A stretch of DNA of 63,855 nt, filler included, from 14 parts of 14 records of this genome joined end to end with filler, not necessarily neighbours in it; one strand, 5' to 3'; shown: positions 11,510 through 23,626, numbered from the whole stretch's first letter. Program-made: numbers and translations. The notes: generated from the letters alone by a model not told the origin.

Positions 11510-11609
11510 NNNNNNNNNNNNNNNNNNNNNNNNNNNNNNNNNNNNNNNNNNNNTTAATTAATTAANNNNNNNNNNNNNNNNNNNNNNNNNNNNNNNNNNN
11601 NNNNNNNNN
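11510..11609. other. Artificial contig spacer
   Basis: N44-TTAATTAATTAA-N44. Confidence 0.98.
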
Positions 11610-13628
11610 ACCGGTGTGGTCAACCAGCACGCCGAGGCGCTGGATGCCTTCGCGGCCGCCGAGAAGTCGCAGAACGAGCTCAAGGCCCAGTTTGACGCTG
11701 CCAAGGGAGAGACCGAGGCCAAGCGCCAGGCGGTGGAGCAGTTGAACAAGGACAACGAGCGGTGGGCAGTCGTGCTTGCTGAGCTCCGTAACGAGATCGC
11801 GCTGCTCGGAACCGAGCACGAGTCGCAGATGGAGACCGCCGAGGAGTACCGGTCCAAGGTCGACCGGCTCAAGGGCGTGCTCGCGGGCAAGAAGGAAGTG
11901 TCGGAGAAGCTCCGAGAGCAGCTCGAGACCGAGGAGGTGCAGAAACTCGAGGAGCAGATCAAGGAGCAGAGCTACTTGGTCGAGGCCCAGGAGAACGCGC
12001 TCGAGGCTCGCAACCGTATGTGCGCTCGGCTCCAGTCTGAGTCAGAAGAGCTCCAATCCGATTTGCTCAAGTTCAGGACCAACTTTGAGGATCGCCAGCA
12101 GGAGATCGCAGTGCTCACCCAGACGATCGAGGACAAGGAGCGCGAGCTTGCTGTGCTCAAGAACGACTCCGAGTCTTTCACCGCTGAGTTCACCCGGCAT
12201 GAGGCCAACATGAAGAAGGCCCGGATTGCGATCAAGATCAAGAACTCGACTGTCGATGCACTCAAGAAGCGCGCGCACGAGCTCGGCGAGCAGCTGGACA
12301 ACTTGGAAGAGGTCATGAAGAAGACTGAGGACGAGTGCCAGGCTGGCCACCAGCTGGTCAAGACCCTGGAGGCCGAGCTGGCCTGGGGCCTTGAGGAGTT
12401 TGAAGCTAAGCGCGAGCAGGCCGACCGCTACCGCGCCAAGGCTCAATCGCTCGTGTCCGAGATCGCTGAGAAGCGTGAGTGGTGCGGCGAGGTTGCCCTC
12501 GAGAAGGAGCGCTGGGGCTCGGAGACCGAGATCCTGGGCAAGATTGTCTCAGAGGTCGACTACGAGCTCATCCGTCGCAAGATCGAGAAGGACGCCATGG
12601 AGCGCGGCGGTGTCGGCGCGCTCGGGGCTGCTGCCGACCCGGTGGTCGCCAACATGCGCGCCGAGTGCGAGGCCTTTGGCGGCGATGCTGCACGTGCCCG
12701 CGACGAGATCACCCAGGTGCTCACTGAGTGCAAGACGCTCTCGACCGAGCTCGTGTACCGTGAGATGGACCTGCAGCACGCCGTGCTCGAGGCCGACCGG
12801 TGGCGCAAGCGCAAGGAGGAGCTTGAGGCCCGTGTGCTGGCCACTGGCAAGGACCTGCAGACCAACGTCGAGATGGTCGACATGCGTCGCTCGGAGGCCA
12901 ATGGCTTCCTTGACCAGATCCGTGACTGCGAGCTCTCCAAGCGGCTAGCCGAGGAGGACCTGCAGGTCTACGAGGAGGCCATGCGCACCATGGAGGAGGA
13001 GGTGACCAAGCTGCGTGCTGAGGTGGACGCCAAGCGCGATATGCTTGCCCAGAAGGGCATCCGGGACAAGTCGCCATTCGACGTGGCCTCAAGCGAGCCA
13101 ATGCGGCTGTCGAACGAGCTTGGCTGGATAGAGGAGCGCCTCTCGAGCCGCAAGATGCAGGAGGCTCAGTCTGAGCGTCAGGCGATTATAGCAGCAGAGC
13201 AGCTTGACGTGCTCAAGCGGGAGTTCGGGCACCTCGAGGTGACGCTCAAGACGCAGGTCGAGGAGACCGAGAAGTACAAGCAGATGGTTGCCGACATGGT
13301 GGGATACTCAACCGGTGCCTCCGACGGCTCCAAGAACGAAGTGCCATGCGACCTGCTGAACGATCCGATTGTGCTCAAGTACAAGTCCGATGCTGAGCGG
13401 ATGAGGCAGCAAGTCAAGGCCGCTGATGTGGATATCGAGGCCCAACGGGCAGAGCTCAAGCGGTGGAAGGAGATGTCCGAGGAGCTCGAGTCACAGGTGG
13501 CCTCGCGGCAGGAGGAGTACAGGCGAGTTAGCATGGACTTGAAGGTCAAGAAGGAAGTCGGCATGAGACTGAAAGCAAAATCAGAGCGTCTTGGTGAGGA
13601 CATAGCGGCAATCGAGCAGGCATCATAA
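11610..13628 (+). CDS. Long coiled-coil protein, 3' part
   Basis: 670-aa E/K/A-rich heptad ORF with strong codon bias; ends at TAA followed by an AT-rich 3' region. Confidence 0.85.
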   Translation, partial: TGVVNQHAEALDAFAAAEKSQNELKAQFDAAKGETEAKRQAVEQLNKDNERWAVVLAELRNEIALLGTEHESQMETAEEYRSKVDRLKGVLAGKKEVSEKLREQLETEEVQKLEEQIKEQSYLVEAQENALEARNRMCARLQSESEELQSDLLKFRTNFEDRQQEIAVLTQTIEDKERELAVLKNDSESFTAEFTRHEANMKKARIAIKIKNSTVDALKKRAHELGEQLDNLEEVMKKTEDECQAGHQLVKTLEAELAWGLEEFEAKREQADRYRAKAQSLVSEIAEKREWCGEVALEKERWGSETEILGKIVSEVDYELIRRKIEKDAMERGGVGALGAAADPVVANMRAECEAFGGDAARARDEITQVLTECKTLSTELVYREMDLQHAVLEADRWRKRKEELEARVLATGKDLQTNVEMVDMRRSEANGFLDQIRDCELSKRLAEEDLQVYEEAMRTMEEEVTKLRAEVDAKRDMLAQKGIRDKSPFDVASSEPMRLSNELGWIEERLSSRKMQEAQSERQAIIAAEQLDVLKREFGHLEVTLKTQVEETEKYKQMVADMVGYSTGASDGSKNEVPCDLLNDPIVLKYKSDAERMRQQVKAADVDIEAQRAELKRWKEMSEELESQVASRQEEYRRVSMDLKVKKEVGMRLKAKSERLGEDIAAIEQAS

Positions 13629-14015
13629 GCTGAACACATTGCTTGTTGGCACAATCATTTAATTGTGTGCAAGCCGGACTCCTCGTTAATTTTGACCTCG
13701 TTAGTAACATTAGTAACACTGAAAGAATAAACTTATTTATGCTTTAGAACTTAATTTGATTATCTCTAAGTCGCCGACGAAAAGTCTTAAGTTTGCATGC
13801 ACTAAGTAAGCTCCGCATGTATAGTTGATGACATTGTACATGCAAGCTTGCAGTAGTCAGTAACTGAAGCGTCCGGCGACGTACAGTACATGTACATGAC
13901 TGTACAATCATGACTTTTACGCCGATGGGCCTTGTTAGTACCTTGTTAGGATTCCAAATGCGCACGCACGCGTCGATTATATTGATGTTTAATAACTAGT
14001 AAAGTAGTAGAGTCA

Positions 14016-15462
14016 TCACCATGGCAACAAGCCATTGCTCGAGCTTTGTGCTCGAGCATTATGCTTTGACATGCCGACTGTTGTGAGGTGCTTCTTGTCG
14101 ATCAAGCTTCCGAGTTGGACAAGCACCTCCGCCCCATGGTCGTGTAGTTGCGAATTGGACCAGTGCAGACACATGGCTTGGACCACGGCCTCCACAGCAC
14201 CAGCATCGATCACCACCCGCTTGGCTTCATTGTGGCCTGTCTGCTTGAGGAATGTCTCCAACATGCTGCACGCCACAGACTGCAGACTCTGTGCCTCCTT
14301 AAAATTCACCATGGCTGCAGCAACAAGCTGGAATGCCCCAGCCGCACAAACATCCCGGCAAAGGAACTGGGTCTTGCAGTGTTGGTCCAAGGCGTCCATT
14401 GCGGCCTCTTGCACCCCAGCGCAAGTTGGATGCGCCACCATAGCAGCCACCTGCACCGCCAAAATCAGTGCATTCGAAAGATTTTGCGCTATTGCTTAAG
14501 CTATTGCTCACTGCTCGCTTGACGCCTTCAGATGAAGAGATGCCATTTGCAGCTAGGGCTGCCAGCGCCATGGCACCACTCTCCTGCACTTCAGCCTCTT
14601 CTAGGTGCGCTCGCATCGCTTCAAGCACTGCAGTCTCTGTGCCTGTCACAGATATGACAATCAATCCCCACTAGAGCAGCAAGCAAGGCACCTGCTGACA
14701 GTTGGTCGCAGTGGTCAGAGGTGGGAAGCAGCGCTGTGATGGCAGCACATGCTGCTCGTGCAGCGCCGTTTGTCCTGTGAGCTTGCAGCACTCCAATTGC
14801 ACACTCGAGAGCACCAGCCGCCAGCAGGGGCTCCACGTTGTCAAAGGTCTCCGCTAGGCTGCCAAGAGCCAGCATCCCAGCACATTGGAGCGGTTCAGAT
14901 CCAATGTTGTCGTTCAGAGTGGCCAAGATCTGCTCATGCACGGAGAGCTGGTGCAAGTGCACCTGGGCGATGCCATCTGCATTCAGTGCAGCCACTGCAA
15001 TACAGGCAGCAGTGAGCAGCTCCAAGTCATCCGAGTGCATGGCCATGGACTGTGTGAGGGCTGGAATTCCCCTCCCATGAGCCCACTCCGCCCTGCCTTC
15101 ACCAACAGCAGCAATCGCAGTTGCAAACTGGATGGCAGCCAGCTGCATCGGCCCATCAGGCAGGTATCCCTCCATGGCTTCGAGCACCAGTGGGACTGCG
15201 CCACTCTCAGCTGTGATCTTACAGCAGCTAAGGTCTACCATGGCGTACCGTGCCAGAGCTCTGGCAGCCGATGCCTGAACCCCGACAGTAAGCGCGGGGG
15301 CACTGTCGGAATGGTTGCTGTGCTGCTGCATCGCCTGCACTAGCACTCTGCACCCATTCTGGAATTCCTGAACCAGTGCATCTGCACTCGGGGGGTATTC
15401 CGAAGTCAGCTCGGATGGTGCTGCCGGAGGAGTCCCTGTGTAGAGGAACTCCAAGGCTTGAC
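14016..15462 (-). CDS. Armadillo-repeat protein, 3' part
   Basis: Repeated GAVxxVVxAMxxH...VQxxACxAL units; introns 14643-14691 (49 nt) and 14451-14511 (61 nt) join three ORFs in frame. Confidence 0.85.
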
Positions 15463-15562
15463 NNNNNNNNNNNNNNNNNNNNNNNNNNNNNNNNNNNNNN
15501 NNNNNNTTAATTAATTAANNNNNNNNNNNNNNNNNNNNNNNNNNNNNNNNNNNNNNNNNNNN
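15463..15562. other. Artificial contig spacer
   Basis: N44-TTAATTAATTAA-N44. Confidence 0.98.
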
Positions 15563-16974
15563 CTCGTGACACATAGTACCGGCAGGGTCTAAGCCCGTTG
15601 CGGTCAAGCGTCGCTCCCATCTGGCGGCCATCTGTGAAGGCGATCATAGCTGGGCCATCCCAGGGCTCCATGACACACGAATGATACTCGTAGAACGCAC
15701 GCTCATGAGCAGGCAAAGTGTCATCCTGCTGCCATGCCTTTGGGACCATCATCAGCACACTCTCAGGTAGGGTGCGGTCAGACGCCAGAGAGAGGATCTC
15801 GAGCACGCAATCAAGATTGCCCGAGTCTGAGTACTCATCGCTGGCCACAATCAGCTCGGGGTTGTTGGTCAGCTCAGGCAGTCGAGCACTCGCAAGGGCA
15901 GTCTTGCGCGAGACCATCCAGTTCTTGTTGCCGCGCAGAGTGTTGATCTCCCCGTTGTGAGCAGTCACTCGGTTTGGCTGGGCCCGGGCCCACGATGGGA
16001 AAGTATTGGTCGAGAATCGCGAGTGCACCAGGGCCACATGCGACTCAAACTGTGGATGCTGCAGGTCACGGTAGTACTGGAAGACCTGCTCGGGCATCAG
16101 CTGGCCCTTGTACACGATGGTCCGAGTCGAGAGCGACACTATGTACAGATCCGCAAACCGGTCCTCAGCCTGCGCAGCGGCTTCTGTGTTCTTCCTGGCC
16201 AAGAACATCAGCAGCTCAAGCCGATCCTGCCCATCGGTGAGCTCGGCCCGTCCGCCAGCACCCACTTGGTCAACCGTAGCCTCCCCGGCCGTCACAAACA
16301 CCTGCTCTACAGCTGGCTCTCCACCCACTGCCACAGACCCGAGCGTCGAGTTGTCGACAGGCGGAACTCGCCAGCCGAGCACCTGACGCCGCCTGACCGG
16401 GCGATCGGGGGGGGATGCACCCGGCAGCCGGCAGCGGCAATGTGGCGGTCGAGCAGCTCACGCGCGGCTTGGCGCTTTGCGGGCTCCACGGGCAGAAAGA
16501 CGATCCCAGTGGCGTACTGCGCCCGCCCCGTCAGCCTCCGGGCAGGCGGGCTCGACACCATGCCGGGGCTCGGCAGCTGAATCCTCATTGTGGGCGCCAC
16601 CACCTCTACAGCCCAATTTTCAGATGGCCCAGCCCGCATTTAACACACCGCGAAAGAAGGTGTCCGGCATCCCCACGAGCACCCCAGCACCGTCGCCCGA
16701 ATTAGCTTCACAGCCACAGCCGCCCCGGTGCGTCATATGATTGCCCATCTCGTCTGCCCGCGTCATCACACTGCACCCGCATCGGTCAACAGCCCCCCCG
16801 GCTAACACGATGCCTGCGAGACGGCCTGCCGTCCAGATTGGCGATCGCGCCCACTCCGCAGGCGTCCCTCTCGAAGCTCGGGTCGTACAGCCCCTGCGCC
16901 TCGGGAAGCCACGTGTGCCGGCATCGCGGCTGCTGCCGGGCACGTGCCGCGCCCGCAGCGTTCACAGTCTGCAT
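15563..16974 (-). CDS. GLT1: Glutamate synthase (GOGAT), N-terminal amidotransferase domain, 5' part
   Basis: [15 protein letters not shown] (Ntn Cys), [56 protein letters not shown]; four introns of 38-43 nt. Confidence 0.95.
16771..16813 (-). other. GC-AG intron (43 nt), glutamate synthase
   Basis: Removal joins [14 protein letters not shown]...THRGGCG in frame. Confidence 0.85.
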
Positions 16975-17112
16975 ACCGTCACTGCAGGTCCCCGGTGATG
17001 AGTCAGACCCGACTTCTGAGAAGTCGTGGTGTGCTTTTTTGATTTTTTTATCCGCGACTTGCTCACACTGCACCGGTGCCACCGGCCGTCTGCCGAGTGG
17101 TGCCAGCACGCG

Positions 17113-18671
17113 ATGCACCGCGCCTGCGGGCCGGCCGGATGGCAGCGGGCAGCCTGGCCTGCGCGGCGGTTCTGCAGGGCGCCGGAGCAGCTCCCGCGTC
17201 TGGCCCCGAGGTTTGAGCACGGCGAGGTGGAGCCCCGGCTGTACAGCTGGTGGGAGTCCAGCCGGCACTTTGAGCCCACCGCCGGCCGACCCGACGCCCC
17301 GCCGTTCGTGATGGTGATGCCCCCGCCCAACGTGACCGGGGCGCTGCACATGGGGCACGCGCTGTTCGTGGCGGTCGAGGACCTGCTGGCTCGGCACCAC
17401 CGGCTGCGCGGCCGGCCGGTGCTCTGGCTGCCGGGCACCGACCACGCTGGGATCGCCACCCAGCTGCTGGTCGAGCGCGAGCTGGCCAGCCAGACCGGCC
17501 AGTCGCGGGCCGAGCTCGGGCGGGACAAGTTCGTCGAGCGCTGCTGGACCTGGCGGCACTCGTCCGGTGCCCGCCCCTGCCCCGGGGCCGGCCCGACGTC
17601 CGGGCAGGCGACCGGATCTGCGAGCAGCTGCGGCGGCTTGGGGCCTCGTGCGACTGGTCCAAAACGGGGTTCACGCTGGATGACGGGCCGGCAGTGGCGG
17701 TCCGGGAGGCCTTTGTGCAGCTGCACCGGCGCGGGCTAATCTACCAGGGCAACTACCTGGTGAACTGGTCCACAAAGCTGCAGACCGCGGTGTCTGACCT
17801 GGAGGTGCGGCAGCTGGGCCGGCCGCCGGCAGGCTGGGGCAGGTGGAATACTCGGAGGAGCCGGGCACCATGCACTGGCTCGACTACCCGCTCGAGGGCG
17901 GCCAGTCCATCCCCGTGGCCACAACCCGCCCGGAGACCCTGCTGGCCGACGCGGCCATAGCCGTCCATCCAGAGGACCCCCGCTGGCGTCACATGATCGG
18001 GCGGACGGCGCTGGTGCCGTATGTTGGCCGCCGAATTCCGGTGATTGCAGACGAGTGAGTCGGCCAGCTGCGCGGCCTACTGAAGCCGGTAAACAGCTCC
18101 GTGGACCAGGAGCTGGGCTCCGGCGCGGTCAAAGTGTCGCCCGGGCACGACCCGCTAGACTTTGCGGTGCTGGCTGGGGTGGCTCAGTGCTGAGTGGGCG
18201 CAGATTGGCCAGAAGCACCAGCTCGAGCCGTTGAGCATGATGAACAAAGACGGCACTGTCAACCAGGCGACCCGCGGCCCAGTGGCACCTGAGCAGGCCG
18301 CACAGCTGGGTGGCGAGCTGCTGGCTGGGCTGCCGCGCGAGGAGGCCCGTGCGGCGATCCGGCAGTACCTCAAGGCGGAAGGCTTGCTGCTCGAGGAGAC
18401 TGCTCACACCATGAGGGTCCCGCGATCGCAGCGCGGCGGCGACATAATAGAGCCAATGATGTCGACCCAGTGGTGCGCAGCGGCCCGACTGCCCTGCAGA
18501 GCTAGCGGAGCAGGTTCATGGACATGAGCTCACTCGCCCCGCCGGCGCTCGAGGCTGTGCGGGATGGCAGCCTGCAGATCGTGCCCAAGCGGTTTGAACA
18601 GGACTGGACAGAGTGGCTGACCAATATTAAACCGTGGTGCCTGTCGCGCCAGCTGTGGTGGGGCCATCAGC
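17113..18671 (+). CDS. valS: Valyl-tRNA synthetase, probably mitochondrial, 5' part
   Basis: [14 protein letters not shown] (HIGH), [38 protein letters not shown]; Arg/Ala-rich N-terminal presequence; five GT-AG introns of 37-42 nt. Confidence 0.95.
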
Positions 18672-18771
18672 NNNNNNNNNNNNNNNNNNNNNNNNNNNNN
18701 NNNNNNNNNNNNNNNTTAATTAATTAANNNNNNNNNNNNNNNNNNNNNNNNNNNNNNNNNNNNNNNNNNNN
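18672..18771. other. Artificial contig spacer
   Basis: N44-TTAATTAATTAA-N44. Confidence 0.98.
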
Positions 18772-19070
18772 TGGCACGCTCTTGTTCTTTCTTTGCTTCA
18801 GCCAGGTCAGTCTTTGCCTGTGAGAGCCGAGCGTTGGCCTTGTCTTGCTCAGCCTTGCTATCACCATGCAGTGCAGCAGCTTCCTTCGCCATCTCTTCTG
18901 CTTTTGCGTGCTCCTGTTGCCGTCTCTCGAGCTCAAGCCGAGCTTTCACATGGGCTTCCAGCTTCTGGTCCAAATGCTTTTGGGCCTCCTCCAGCTGAGT
19001 CTCGACCATCCGCTGTGTATTCAATAACTGTGCCTTCTGCTGCTTCGCACTGCCCAGATTCTGCTTTGCA
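18772..19070 (-). CDS. Inverted fragment of an A/K/E/Q-rich coiled-coil protein
   Basis: AKQNLGSAKQQKAQLLNTQRMVETQLEEAQK... has the same composition as the + strand ORF that starts at the same point. Confidence 0.6.
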
Positions 19071-22000
19071 ATCAAGAAGCAAGAGGCGGCCGAGAAAGCC
19101 TCGATTGATGCCTCGAGCAAGGCCCAACTCGACCAAAAACAGGCGCTCCGGGATACAGAGGCTCAGGCAAAGAAGCAGCTAGAAGCCAGAGAGCAGCAGC
19201 TCAAGGAGGTTGAGCGGGAAGAGGAGCAGAAGACCGATGCTGAGGAAGAGGCGGCTGATGCCGAGCAGAAGGCATCAGAGGCTGCGGCCGAGAAGAAAGA
19301 GCTGGACGAAACTGAGAAAGCGCTCAAGGAAACTGAGAAAGGACTAGGCGATGCTGAGGCCCAGGAGAACGCAGACAGGAACAGTGCAGCAACTGCTAAG
19401 AACGCACTTGCTGCTGACAACAACGCTGCAAAGCTCAGGGAAGATTCGCTATCGAGGGCGTCCGCAGCCTCTGCGCAACAGGCCCTCACTCAGGAGCAAG
19501 CAGACAAGGAAGCTGGCGCGTCGAGCAAGAAAGTGATGGCAGCCCATACTAAGCTCGCTAAGGCAATGTCGCTCGTCAAGCAGCTGGTAGAGAAGCTGGA
19601 CATGAGCAAGCAACTCGAGGCCCAAAGCAAGCTCGCGCTGTCCACTGCTGAGAAGGATGAGGAAGTGGTGAAGGCAAATGCTGACAGCAGAGTGAAGGCG
19701 CTCAGCGTCGAGTTTGATCGGGTCCAAAAGGTCGCAAAGGATGCTTCTGAGAAAGCAGAAACAGCGAAGCAAACAGCTGCTGACAGAGCAGATGAGAAGA
19801 GAAAGGCTGCTGCGCAAGCCAATGAAGCTGATCAAGGCGTCAAGGCCAGTCAAGGCACAGCTGATTCGGCGCGAGAAGAAGCACTCACCGCCGATGAGAC
19901 ACTTGCCAAGGCAGCTGCAGCCGTGAAAATGGGACTCCAGTCGCTTGATGAGCTGGCGAAGCAACTCAAAGTTGCACAAGAAAAAGAGATCGCAGCCAGT
20001 GGGAATGCAACTGCTGTGAAGGACCCAACCGCAGAGGCAATGCGCGAGCAGTCAGAAGAGGCGCTCAAGCTGCTGACTGAACGCAAGCAGAACATGAAAG
20101 CACTGGACTCCAAGATGGCTGCTGCCAAGGAAAGCCTGCACAAGCTCAAGGCAAAGCTTGCAGCAGCAGCCCAAAAAGTCAGGACTGCAGGCATTGACGA
20201 GGCCCAGGCAAAGGCAGCCCAGCAGAGCGCAAACCAGCAAGAGGCGACTGCCAAGAATGGCTTGACTGGCGCCAAGGAGAAGCTGCTCACAGAGGAAGAA
20301 CAAGTTCGCTTCAGAAATATGAACACGATGGACACGCCCAAAGTGGACAATGGCGTTCTCAAAAAAGAGGAACAGACTGCCCGGAAAGCCGAGCAAGCTC
20401 TAGAGGCTGAGTTGTCCAAGGCATCTCAAGACGCTGCCACTGCCAAACAATCTCAGGATGATGCTGTAAACAAGGCTAAGAAGGATCTTAAGTCTGCCGC
20501 AAAAGCCGAGGAGCGCGCAGAGCAGAAGACAAATGTCAACAGGGCCGCGCTCAGAACAGCAAGGAAAGAAATGGTACGTGCAGAGCGTGCTGCTGCAGCC
20601 CAAAAGCTAAAACAGGGGGATCTCAGCGACGCTGCTTATGAGGCTGAAGCTAGTGTCCGCGACCTGACAGCAAGGCTCAAGAAAAGTGCTGATTTCGAGA
20701 AGCAGCTGAAGAACAAGGCTGCTATTGCCGACAACAAGTCCAAGAAAATGGTGGCCAGGTTGAAGCGGATCGAAGACGCGGAGCTCCGTGGCCAGCAGCG
20801 ACTTCAGGGAGCTGATCAGCAAAAGCAGGACCTCGAATCGAAATTCCAGATGCAGGAGGGTGCTGTCAACAGCGCGGATACAGGCGCACTGAGTGCCAGA
20901 GCGGCAGCACAAGATGCGCAGATCGCCAATGCCAAGTGCCAAGCAAAGGTCAAGGAAGCGGCAGCGCATCTGAAGAAGCAAGAGAAGACTTTGGGCGAAG
21001 TGCAGACCCTCCTGGAGAAGGGCACAGTTGAGGAGAACGCAGCAAAGCAACGGATGAATGATGCAGATGAAATTCAGAAGAAGGCCAAGGCCTCCTATGA
21101 TGAGCAGCTGGCAATGCTGGACACAGAGTCTGAGGAACGAATGGGAAAGATCAGGAAGATGGTCCAGGAGGCCAAGAAGGCAGGTGAACGTGATGCAGCA
21201 CGCATCATTGCTCGTGCACAGCGCAGTGTGATCAAAATCAGGCACGATTCAGAGGCGGAAATCGCAGATCTCAAGGCCAAGGCCACAGCTAAGCACATGG
21301 CAGCTGACCGCCTTGCTGAAGAGGTCAAGGAGATCGACCGGGACTCAGACAATGAGGTCGCAGACATCAAACGAGGAGCAGCTACCAGGTATCAGTTGGC
21401 GGAGCAGCGAGCAAAGCGAATGGTTCATAATGCTAGAGAAGAGGCGCGCCAGGCAATCGAGAAGCTCAACGAGAAGGCTGAAAAGGAGGCCGAAGCGGTC
21501 AGAAAAGCGGGGGATTGCGAAATTGAAGACATCCGTGCTGCAGCACATGCCAAGGCCTCGAAACTCATCCACCAGGCAGAGAGGGATGCTCGTGGCAAGC
21601 GGTTAGAGTCAAAGACTGCCGATACCACGGTGCAGAAGGTCGAGCTAATGACTTCCAAAGCAAAACAGCAAGCATTCGAGGAAGCGCAGAAGGTAAACAA
21701 AGATGCAGATGCTTACATCATGAAGCTGAGATCGCAAGGCGCAGCAGAGATTGCAAAACTCAGCAAAGATGCAAAGAGCGAGGCTGGTGAAATTGCTACG
21801 GGTGCCCAAGCACGAGCTAAGGCAATTACTGACGATGCGCGCAACTATGTCAAGACGAAGATCGACCGAGAAAAGAAAAAGCTTGAAGCAGCTGACGATG
21901 AAGCAGATGAATACCAGAAGGATTATGCTGCTGCTGAACAAAAGGCAGCTGCACTGATTGAAAAAGCCAGAGAAGAGGCAAGTGAAGACAAAGCAGCTGC

Positions 22001-23405
22001 TGAAAACGAAGCTAAGAATATCCAGGACGCGGCTGAAAAACATGTGAAAGAGACGCAAGAGAAAAGCAAAAAGGAGGTGGACAAGATCAAGGCGGATGGC
22101 CAGAAAAAGCGCGACACGATCAAGAAAGAGCTGCAGGCTAAGCTTAAAGACATCCAAGCCGAATGCGACAAGGAAAAAGAAAAAGCGAAACTTCCCCAGG
22201 TTCTATCCCTCATCAGTCTGGAGGAGAATCAAAATCCGTCAAGCGACGGCCTCGAACAATTGCGGTCGACACAGAGTAGCTGGGTTGACGCACAGAAGAA
22301 GCTGTGGCAAGCTGAGGGACAGCATCGCGTGGCTGCAGCAAAGCTGAAGGACACTCGCATGAGAGTATCCCAAGTCGAGATGGCAGTCAAGCAGGGCAAG
22401 CAGTCTGTGCATGAGCTTGGGCTCCAATGCGCAGACACAAAGAAGGCACTGAAGTCACGGCTAGAGAAGATGTCCAAAGCCAATGCACAACTCAAAGAAT
22501 CCAATGCTAGGTTTGAGGCTGTCGAGGCTAACCTAGAGAAATCCGTTAAGACTGCTGAGGCCGACCGGGCTGCTTTCGCTACAAAGGCGAAGGAAGTTGC
22601 AGACGCCAAGGGACAGACAGAGTCTGCCCTTGCAGAGGACAAGCGCTTAAAGCAGGCAGAGACTGCCGAATACCTTAAGCTCAAGGGGCTCAAGTCGAAG
22701 GAAAAGAATGCCAAGGATACAGCAGACGCTGAAGCTTTGGCTCTGCAAAAGAAAGAGCCAGCACTGAAGGCGGCAGCTGAGCAGAAGGAGGAATTAAAGA
22801 ATCAAGTCGATGGCCTTACAACAAAGTCCAATCAGCTGAAAGAAAAGGAGGCAGCTGACAAGCTCAAGCTTGAACAGGATCAGCAAATACTGCAGGAGAC
22901 GGAGGATGCGAAAGCAGCAAATAAGCGTGAAAGTAAGATGAAGATGTCTGCTCTTGAGTATGAAGAGAAGGAGGCTCGAGCACTGGCTCAGCAAGAGAAG
23001 AAGAAGCTTGCCCAGGCAAAAGAAAAAGAGGACGAATCCGAAAGCCAAGAGGCAGCAGAGAAGAATGAAGTGAAACAGCTCAACAAGAAGATTGGCGTGC
23101 AGAAAGAGGTTGTCAGCAGCGCAAAAGACTCGCTCAAACACGTATCTGAAAAGGTTGCTGTTTCGATGGACGCCCTGAAGCAGGCGAGAGGTGTTGAGGA
23201 GGAGAGTAAACAGGAATACGAGCTGGAGGAGAAACAGGTCGGCGAAGCGAAGAATAATCTTCTCAATGTCAGAGGCGAAGCAGACATTGAGCAAAGGTTA
23301 CTGCGCCAAGCGAAAGCTGGTGTCAAGAGTAATGAAAACCAGCAACAAGATTTAGGAGACCGGGTTCAGAAGCTCAAGAACGAAATTCAAGCAGTGAAGA
23401 GCCAG
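19068..23405 (+). CDS. Giant A/K/E-rich coiled-coil protein, internal fragment
   Basis: The frame of ORF 19533..23453 stays open and coding-like back to 19068; about 1450 aa with no introns. Confidence 0.85.
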
Positions 23406-23505
23406 NNNNNNNNNNNNNNNNNNNNNNNNNNNNNNNNNNNNNNNNNNNNTTAATTAATTAANNNNNNNNNNNNNNNNNNNNNNNNNNNNNNNNNNNNNNN
23501 NNNNN
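23406..23505. other. Artificial contig spacer
   Basis: N44-TTAATTAATTAA-N44. Confidence 0.98.
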
Positions 23506-23626
23506 GTAGGCTTCAGGCCTGTATAGGTACTTACGTCTCTTCCGTTGGTCGAGCAGTGAGCCGCTTCCGTTGGAAAGGTCCGTACTACGACTGTAGAGCA
23601 ACGCGTCTGTCCCGGCCTCTCGGGTG

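Noticed and set aside
7467-23405. Low-GC intronless contigs as a second organism
   Set aside because: The same GC drop occurs within single contigs and genes (DHX35/EF-hand, pepN), so intrinsic heterogeneity suffices, although mixing of close relatives cannot be excluded.
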